A DNA stretch of 64,000 nucleotides from an uncultured Candidatus Saccharibacteria bacterium (GTDB lineage Bacteria; Patescibacteriota; Doudnabacteria; UBA920; O2-02-FULL-48-8). Position 1 is the first letter of the stretch, and each line of letters opens with the position of its first letter. The DNA is taken from positions 70,771-134,770 of the forward strand of contig CAZSDS010000001.1 of the NCBI GenBank assembly GCA_964605735.1, given 5' to 3'. The position numbers and the translations under genes are program-made. The notes beneath the pieces were generated by a model that had not been told where the DNA came from, made no database searches, and worked only from the letters and a program-made list of their open reading frames with translations. Below, in pieces: positions 58,123 through 64,000 of the stretch.

Positions 58123-59396
58123 TGAACATTTTCATTTTTGCAATACTATCAATATGCGCGGCAGGTTTGTTTGTTTTATTCCTGCGCGGAAAATACAAAT
58201 TATCGCCACTCTGGCTGATGTTATCTGCATGGGCAGTCGCGCTTGGCGTTCCACAGCTCAACCTCTCTGACATTGAACAACCCTGGACTTCAGAATTCTG
58301 GTGGCTGGTCATAGCCTCGCTGATCAGTTTTGTTTTGGGGTTTTTTGCATTTAACTGGCTGTCAGGGAAGCTTCGTCCTTGGAACTGGTTTGCTTTGCTG
58401 AAGCGGGACGCATTTTCGCCCAAACTCTTAAGATTATCCGTTTATCTGCTTGCTGGTTTGTCCGTGGTGGGTCTGGTAATGTTTTACCAAAAAGCCGGGA
58501 ATTTTCCGCTGACCTCGCCTGATCCGGACGTTTTCCGGTTCGAAGCTGATGAACAGGTTCCCGGTCTGATAAATTATCTTGCGCAGTTGGCCCGCATTTT
58601 CATCCCGCTTTCATTTTTCCTGATGTTTTGGGAAGGATTCAGTTTTAAAAAACATTGGGATCTGGTTGCGCTTTGCCTGCTTGGGATAACAGCAATCATT
58701 CTGTTTGCATCTCGAACCCAAATTTTCTTTGTGGATCTTTGGGTAATGGCGTTATATCTTTTTATCAGGAAACCTAACTGGGTGCAGGCGCTGAAATTTT
58801 ATCCGTTCTTTTTGATTCTTTCTGTGGCTGTGCTTGCAGCGGTTCCGCTGATCAGGCAGGCTAAAAGCTATGGCGATTCCTATCTGGCGGACGTCACTGC
58901 CATCGACACAGCGGGTTTTGCTCCTGGCGGCAAATATCTTTTGCCGATATACGTAGGCATATCGTTTAATATGCAAGCCTTGCTTCACGCCCAGCAGTAT
59001 TACGAAACTCACGACATTCAGCTGGGAAAAGTTTCGCTTGATCCATTTACGAATATTGTTGGGTTGGACCAATTCGGCTCCAGTTTTGATTTGTGTGACA
59101 TATTCCAGTGCTGGTGGAATACAGGCACATACCTGTTCCCATTTGTGCAGGACTTTGGGGATCTTGCATTCTTTATAACCCCCTTTGTCATAGCTGGCGT
59201 ATTGGTTTTCCTTTGGAGGTACTGGCAAGAGCAGCCGAATTTTCTTTCCATCAACCTCTACGCATACGCCTGTTTCTTCATGGTCATGACAATATATTTG
59301 TCTTTCACGGTCAGGGCGGAAATGTATATTGACTTGTTTCTGTTGGCTGTAATTTATCTGGCAATCACATCAAAACGCTATGCTGAAATCGCCTAA
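58122..59396 (+). CDS. Wzy-like oligosaccharide repeat-unit polymerase
   Basis: Polytopic with a large loop; WNTGTY..P...DFG; lies in a polysaccharide operon. Confidence 0.72.
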   Translation: MNIFIFAILSICAAGLFVLFLRGKYKLSPLWLMLSAWAVALGVPQLNLSDIEQPWTSEFWWLVIASLISFVLGFFAFNWLSGKLRPWNWFALLKRDAFSPKLLRLSVYLLAGLSVVGLVMFYQKAGNFPLTSPDPDVFRFEADEQVPGLINYLAQLARIFIPLSFFLMFWEGFSFKKHWDLVALCLLGITAIILFASRTQIFFVDLWVMALYLFIRKPNWVQALKFYPFFLILSVAVLAAVPLIRQAKSYGDSYLADVTAIDTAGFAPGGKYLLPIYVGISFNMQALLHAQQYYETHDIQLGKVSLDPFTNIVGLDQFGSSFDLCDIFQCWWNTGTYLFPFVQDFGDLAFFITPFVIAGVLVFLWRYWQEQPNFLSINLYAYACFFMVMTIYLSFTVRAEMYIDLFLLAVIYLAITSKRYAEIA

Positions 59397-59862
59397 GGTT
59401 AAGTTTGAAAAGTTATGGCGGGAGAGTTATCTGGCCATGATCAAGAACAGTGTTGGGACAAAAATGTTCAGGACTTTTTACGTGGTAAAAAATGGCAAGC
59501 CGTTTGATGTTACCAATCGCGGCGAGTTGTCTTGCGCCATTTTTGCTTCCACGGTCCTGTATCAGTTCAAGCTGACTCCCAGGCAGCGTTTTACTGTGGC
59601 AAGCGCGGTCAAGGATTTGACCAAGGCTGGCGCAAAAAAAGTTACATTGAAGCAGGTCCAGCCTGGCGACGTTCTGATTTGGGAGCCGCTGGAGAAAACA
59701 GATCCCCACAATCACATTGGATTCTATCTTGGAAACAGGAAAGCCATAAGCAACAGCAAAAATAAGGGTATGATTGTGGAACACGATTATTTATACAACG
59801 GCAAAAGAAAAATTGAGCTGGTTTTAAGACCGAATTGGAAGAGGATTTATGCCAAAGGTTAG
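59380..59862 (+). CDS. NlpC/P60-like (papain-fold) protein
   Basis: SCAIFAS.VL, PGDVLIW, HIGFYLG. Confidence 0.65.
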   Translation: MLKSPKVKFEKLWRESYLAMIKNSVGTKMFRTFYVVKNGKPFDVTNRGELSCAIFASTVLYQFKLTPRQRFTVASAVKDLTKAGAKKVTLKQVQPGDVLIWEPLEKTDPHNHIGFYLGNRKAISNSKNKGMIVEHDYLYNGKRKIELVLRPNWKRIYAKG

Positions 59863-60820
59863 CGTTATTGTTGTTTTATGGAACAGCAAAAAATTTATCC
59901 AGCCGGTATTCCAGGCATTGTCGCGGCTAACATATCCTGAACTTGAGATAATTGCCGTTATTAATGCGGACGACGGGTCAAAAGCTTTATTGGAAAATAA
60001 TTTCCCAAAGGTCCGCATAATTGATCCAGGGAGAAATTTAGGTTTTGCCGGCGGAAATAATCTGGCAATAAAACAAAGCACAGGGGAGTTTATCCAGCTG
60101 GTCAATCCGGATTTGATAGTTGAGCCGGATTATGTTGAACGGATGCTGGAGGTTTTCAGCGACCAAAATGTGGCTGCGGCAACCGGCAAACTGCTCAGAT
60201 ATGATTTTGAGAGAAACGTAAAGACGAATATTATCGATTCCACCGGCGTGGTGATAAGCCCAAGTGGACGGGCAAAGGATAGAGGGCAATTGCAGGAAGA
60301 TAACGGCCAGTTTGACGCCCACCATGATGTGTTTGGTGTTTCAGGCGCAGGTCCAATGTACAGAAGGTCGGCCCTGGAAAAAGCCAAGTATTGCGAAAAC
60401 GGAAGTTGCGAATATTTTGACGAAAGCTTTGGCAGTTATTGGGAGGATGTGGATTTATCCTGGCGGCTGAATAATTTAGGTTTTAAGAATGTTTACGTGC
60501 CGGCAGCTGTTGCTTACCACGGCCGATCCGCAGGCCAGTCCAAGGGTGGTTACCTGCACGTTTTGCATTTCATTTCTCACCATAGAAAACTTTCCCCGCT
60601 GGTCCGCAAACTCAATTACAAAAACCACATTTTAATGTATTTGAAAAACGCGAAATTTATCCACCCAATGTTCGTCTTGCGTGAAATTTTTATGTTCGTC
60701 TATGTGGTTGTTTTCGAAACCAGTACGCTTAAGGTTTTGCCTGAACTGTTCAGACAAACCCCGGGAATTTTAAGGAAAAGGTCTGCAATCAAAAGCGCTA
60801 TGATTAAACAGAACGTCTAA
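59849..60820 (+). CDS. GT2 glycosyltransferase
   Basis: NLGFAGGNN, NPD, YWEDVDLSWR. Confidence 0.9.
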   Translation: MPKVSVIVVLWNSKKFIQPVFQALSRLTYPELEIIAVINADDGSKALLENNFPKVRIIDPGRNLGFAGGNNLAIKQSTGEFIQLVNPDLIVEPDYVERMLEVFSDQNVAAATGKLLRYDFERNVKTNIIDSTGVVISPSGRAKDRGQLQEDNGQFDAHHDVFGVSGAGPMYRRSALEKAKYCENGSCEYFDESFGSYWEDVDLSWRLNNLGFKNVYVPAAVAYHGRSAGQSKGGYLHVLHFISHHRKLSPLVRKLNYKNHILMYLKNAKFIHPMFVLREIFMFVYVVVFETSTLKVLPELFRQTPGILRKRSAIKSAMIKQNV

Positions 60821-60830
60821 TAGCACAAAC

Positions 60831-61682
60831 ATGGATTTATCAGTCATCATTTTAAGCTACAATACAAGACAATTGTTAAAAAATTGCCTTGCTTCTGTAG
60901 TGGCTTTCACTGGGTCTTATAAAATTGAAGTTTTGGTGTCAGACAATGGCTCAACAGACGGGAGTTTGGAAATGGTCAGGCAGGAGTTTCCGCAAGCTAA
61001 GCTCATTGAAAACGGGGAGAACCTGGGTTTTTCCAAGGGCAACAATGTAGCCATTAAGCAGGCGCTTGGCCGCCATATCCTGCTTTTGAATTCTGATACC
61101 ATTGTCGAGCCGGGTGCTTTTGAAAAAATGATTTCAAAAGCCGACTCTGATCCCGGCATTGGAGCCTTGGGCCCGAAAGTGCTTTTGCCTAATGGCCAAC
61201 TTGATCCAGCCTCCAGACGAAATTTTCCAAATCCGGCAAACGCGTTCCTGAGATTATTCGGCCTGCGAAAGTTAAGCAACTACAATATCACCGGTCCCAT
61301 TGACCAGGAAATGGATGTTGAAGCGCTGACTGGTGCATGTATGCTGGTGCCCAAGACAGTCATAGACAAAGTAGGTATGCTGGATGAAGACTTCTTCTTT
61401 TACGGAGAGGATCTGGATTGGTGTTACCGCATTAAGAATGCCGGTTATAAGATTTTATACTACCCAAGCGCCCAGATAACCCATTTAAAGTACGGTTCAT
61501 CCAGGCAAATACCTTTCAGGATTGTGAAGGTTGCATACACTGCCATGCACTTGTTTTACAAAAAACATTATGCGCCAAAGTATCCGGCAGTGTTCAACTG
61601 GCTGGTTTACTCAGGCATTACCCTCAGAATGTATCTGGTAATGCTTTTTAACCTGTTCAGGAAGAAAAAGTCCGTTCACTAA
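60831..61682 (+). CDS. GT2 glycosyltransferase (WbbL-like rhamnosyltransferase)
   Basis: DNGSTDGS, NLGFSKGNN, LNSD, YGEDLDWC. Confidence 0.9.
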   Translation: MDLSVIILSYNTRQLLKNCLASVVAFTGSYKIEVLVSDNGSTDGSLEMVRQEFPQAKLIENGENLGFSKGNNVAIKQALGRHILLLNSDTIVEPGAFEKMISKADSDPGIGALGPKVLLPNGQLDPASRRNFPNPANAFLRLFGLRKLSNYNITGPIDQEMDVEALTGACMLVPKTVIDKVGMLDEDFFFYGEDLDWCYRIKNAGYKILYYPSAQITHLKYGSSRQIPFRIVKVAYTAMHLFYKKHYAPKYPAVFNWLVYSGITLRMYLVMLFNLFRKKKSVH

Positions 61683-61727
61683 CCTTAACAAATTTACAAG
61701 GCCAAAAGGGCATGGTAAAGTTAATTT

Positions 61728-62996
61728 ATGGAAAATAACAATTTGTTCGATCAAAATCAGTCAAAGGATGACACTGTTGGCCGATCCAACAATCCCATCG
61801 GTCCTTTGAGAAGTTGGATAGCGGGAGGCATTGCCGCAGTGCTTATATTCAGCCTGGGCTTCTTTGCCGCAGGCGGCAGCATTACTGTAGCAGACGGGAA
61901 GCTTCAGACGAACCGCGCCAGCGACCGCCAGAAATCAGCCGACTATAACCTGTTTTGGGATACTTACGAACTGCTTAAATCCAGATATGTAGATAAGGAT
62001 CATCTTGATGAACAAGCCCTGCTTTACGGAGCAATTTCCGGAATGGTTTCCGCGGCTGGTGATCCTTACACGGTATTCTTTGACCCTGAAGAGGCTAAAC
62101 AGTTTGCCGAAGAACTGCAGGGGAGCTTTGAGGGCATTGGTGCGGAAATTGGCATAAAGAATGAACAGATGGTAATTATTGCGCCTTTGGATGATACGCC
62201 TGCCCAGCGTGCAGGGCTTTTGCCGGGTGATGCTATTCTTGCCGTTAACGGCGAAACAACCAGCGGCATGACAGTTGACCAGGCGGTTAGTAAAATCCGC
62301 GGCAAGGGCGGCACAGAAGTTAAACTGCTTATTCTCCACGAAGGCCGAACTGAACCACAGGAAGTCAGCATTATTCGCGCCCGTATAGAAATTAAGAGTG
62401 TCTCGTATGAAACCAAAGAAGTTGAAGGCAAGAGAATCGGCGTGATAAAGTTGCGCAGATTTGGAGAAGACACAAAAGGCCTGCTCGACCAGGCAATTGA
62501 TAGTGCACTGCAAAGCGGGGTAAAGGGGGTTGTCCTTGATTTGCGCAGTAATCCAGGAGGCTATCTGGACACAGCAGTAACCACAGCATCAAACTGGGTG
62601 GACAGCGGGCAAGTGGTGCTTCGCGAACGTTCATACGACGGACAGGTGAAAGAGTATACTTCCGAAACCTGGCCAAGATTAAAGGGGCTAAAGACCATTG
62701 TGCTGGTTAATGGTGGATCAGCCTCTGCTTCTGAAATTGTTGCCGGAGCTTTGCAGGACCATGGTTTGGCAACTTTGGTGGGCGAAAAGACTTTTGGCAA
62801 AGGTTCGGTGCAGGAATTGAAAGACCTTAGGGACGATTCCACAATCAAAATTACGACAGCAAAATGGTTTACTCCGCAGGACCGTAGTATTGATAAGAAT
62901 GGCTTGGAACCGGACATTGTGGTGGAAATGACCAGGGAAGATGTGGAAGCTGACCGCGACCCACAAATGGACAAAGCCCTCGAGCTGTTAAAATAA
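61728..62996 (+). CDS. ctpA: C-terminal processing protease (S41)
   Basis: DPYT, GIGA PDZ, DLRSNPGG, SASASEI, TFGKGSVQ. Confidence 0.93.
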   Translation: MENNNLFDQNQSKDDTVGRSNNPIGPLRSWIAGGIAAVLIFSLGFFAAGGSITVADGKLQTNRASDRQKSADYNLFWDTYELLKSRYVDKDHLDEQALLYGAISGMVSAAGDPYTVFFDPEEAKQFAEELQGSFEGIGAEIGIKNEQMVIIAPLDDTPAQRAGLLPGDAILAVNGETTSGMTVDQAVSKIRGKGGTEVKLLILHEGRTEPQEVSIIRARIEIKSVSYETKEVEGKRIGVIKLRRFGEDTKGLLDQAIDSALQSGVKGVVLDLRSNPGGYLDTAVTTASNWVDSGQVVLRERSYDGQVKEYTSETWPRLKGLKTIVLVNGGSASASEIVAGALQDHGLATLVGEKTFGKGSVQELKDLRDDSTIKITTAKWFTPQDRSIDKNGLEPDIVVEMTREDVEADRDPQMDKALELLK

Positions 62997-63006
62997 ATTC
63001 ACAAAA

Positions 63007-63036
63007 AAAGACCCAAGTATAAAACCTTGGGTCTTT
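63007..63036. terminator. Terminator hairpin after ctpA
   Basis: aaagacccaag-tataaaac-cttgggtcttt. Confidence 0.7.
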
Positions 63037-63065
63037 AAATTTTTAGGCAAAAAAAGAAAGTGCAC

Positions 63066-63201
63066 TAGTTGGCGGGATCTCTGCCGTCAGGACATCGCAG
63101 TCCGCTCAAGTGGACGAGACTAAGCAAAATCCCACAATAAAGGAATGTAGAAAAATGAGGGATTTATGCGGTCCTGTAAGGCAGAGGACCGCGAGCGCTA
63201 A
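63066..63201 (+). ncRNA. Candidate structured ncRNA / dispersed repeat, copy 2
   Basis: Homologous to 2414-2552 with mostly structure-compatible substitutions. Confidence 0.65.
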
Positions 63202-63204
63202 ATG

Positions 63205-63233
63205 TTAGCATATTTGCGCAAAAATGGTATAAT
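63205..63233 (+). promoter_or_regulatory. alaS promoter
   Basis: TTAGCA-17-TATAAT with extended TG. Confidence 0.65.
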
Positions 63234-63259
63234 TAATTGTAATTTTAAAGACTTTTTTC

Positions 63260-64000
63260 ATGAATTCCCAAGAAATCAGGCAGAAATTCCTCGCTTTTTT
63301 TGAAAGCAAAAACCATAAGATTATACCTTCAGCCTCTCTGGTTCCGGCCAATGACCCAACGGTTTTGTTTACAACCGCAGGCATGCACCCATTGGTGCCT
63401 TACCTGATGGGTGAGACCCACCCTGCCGGAACACGCCTGGCAAATTACCAAAAATGTCTGCGCACGGATGATATTGACGAAGTCGGAGACGCAACTCATC
63501 TGACTTTTTTTGAAATGCTTGGCAATTGGTCCCTGGGCGATTATTGGAAACAGGATTCAATCAGCTGGTCCTATGAATTTTTGACTGACCCTAAGTGGCT
63601 TGGGATTGATAAGTCACGCCTTGCCGTTTCAGTTTTCACCGGAGACAATGACGCCCCTCGCGATGAAGAATCAGCACAGATTTGGAAAAGCCTTGGCATG
63701 CCTGAAAATCGCATTGCTTATCTGGGCAAAAAAGATAATTGGTGGGGGCCTCCTGGCGCATCCGGTCCTTGCGGACCTGATACGGAAATCTTCTATTGGG
63801 TAGGTGAAGAACCGGCGCCGGAAAAATTCGACCCTGAGAACAAGAAATGGGTGGAAATCTGGAACAACGTTTTCATGCAGTATGAAAAAACTGTTGCAGG
63901 TGAATTTATTGCGCTTAAGCAAAAGAACGTGGACACAGGCATGGGCCTGGAGCGCATCACAACCGTGCTCGCAGGAAAAGAAAATGTCTACGAAACCGAT
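63260..64000 (+). CDS. alaS: Alanine-tRNA ligase, 5' part (runs off the window)
   Basis: Own translation: [14 protein letters not shown]..., [46 protein letters not shown]. Confidence 0.96.
   Translation, partial: MNSQEIRQKFLAFFESKNHKIIPSASLVPANDPTVLFTTAGMHPLVPYLMGETHPAGTRLANYQKCLRTDDIDEVGDATHLTFFEMLGNWSLGDYWKQDSISWSYEFLTDPKWLGIDKSRLAVSVFTGDNDAPRDEESAQIWKSLGMPENRIAYLGKKDNWWGPPGASGPCGPDTEIFYWVGEEPAPEKFDPENKKWVEIWNNVFMQYEKTVAGEFIALKQKNVDTGMGLERITTVLAGKENVYETD

Noticed and set aside
63066-63201. T-box or other alaS leader
   Set aside because: No T-box consensus; alaS has its own promoter downstream (63205-63233); the other copy is not upstream of a synthetase
1-64000. Stop-codon reassignment (genetic code 25), prophage or defence island
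   Set aside because: Genes translate fully with code 11 and TGA ends rsmH and murF; no phage, integrase, restriction or cas genes were recognised

Overview
A 64-kb chromosomal segment of a Patescibacteria (CPR) bacterium. The assignment is inferred from gene repertoire, a short AspRS lacking the GAD insert and a CPR-type C-terminal pilin; it looks Doudnabacteria-like, which is unverified. Housekeeping genes: HU, mltG, rplJ-rplL with L10 leader, mraZ-rsmH-ftsL-ftsI-murF, tRNA-Glu(CTC), scpAB, aspS, lgt, a C-terminal protease and partial alaS. Accessory blocks: sugar scavenging (ROK, GH1, EamA, clan-A GH, CdaR/PucR regulator), dTDP-rhamnose and Wzx/Wzy polysaccharide genes, and many surface proteins. 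The most notable unexplained signal is a ~137-nt non-coding element in two diverged copies 60.6 kb apart (2414-2552, 63066-63201). Its substitutions mostly preserve a + strand fold through G-U pairs, and it has a built-in alternative/pseudoknot pairing, making it a candidate new structured RNA or non-autonomous element. Other highlights: a sortase locus with non-canonical AP(P/T)TG-sorted DUF11 proteins, three tandem paralogous membrane proteins upstream of an adhesin-pilin fusion, a shared ~59-aa repeat on adjacent secreted hydrolases, promoters built into terminator hairpins, and several further structured intergenic elements. All calls come from reading the sequence; no database searches were run.
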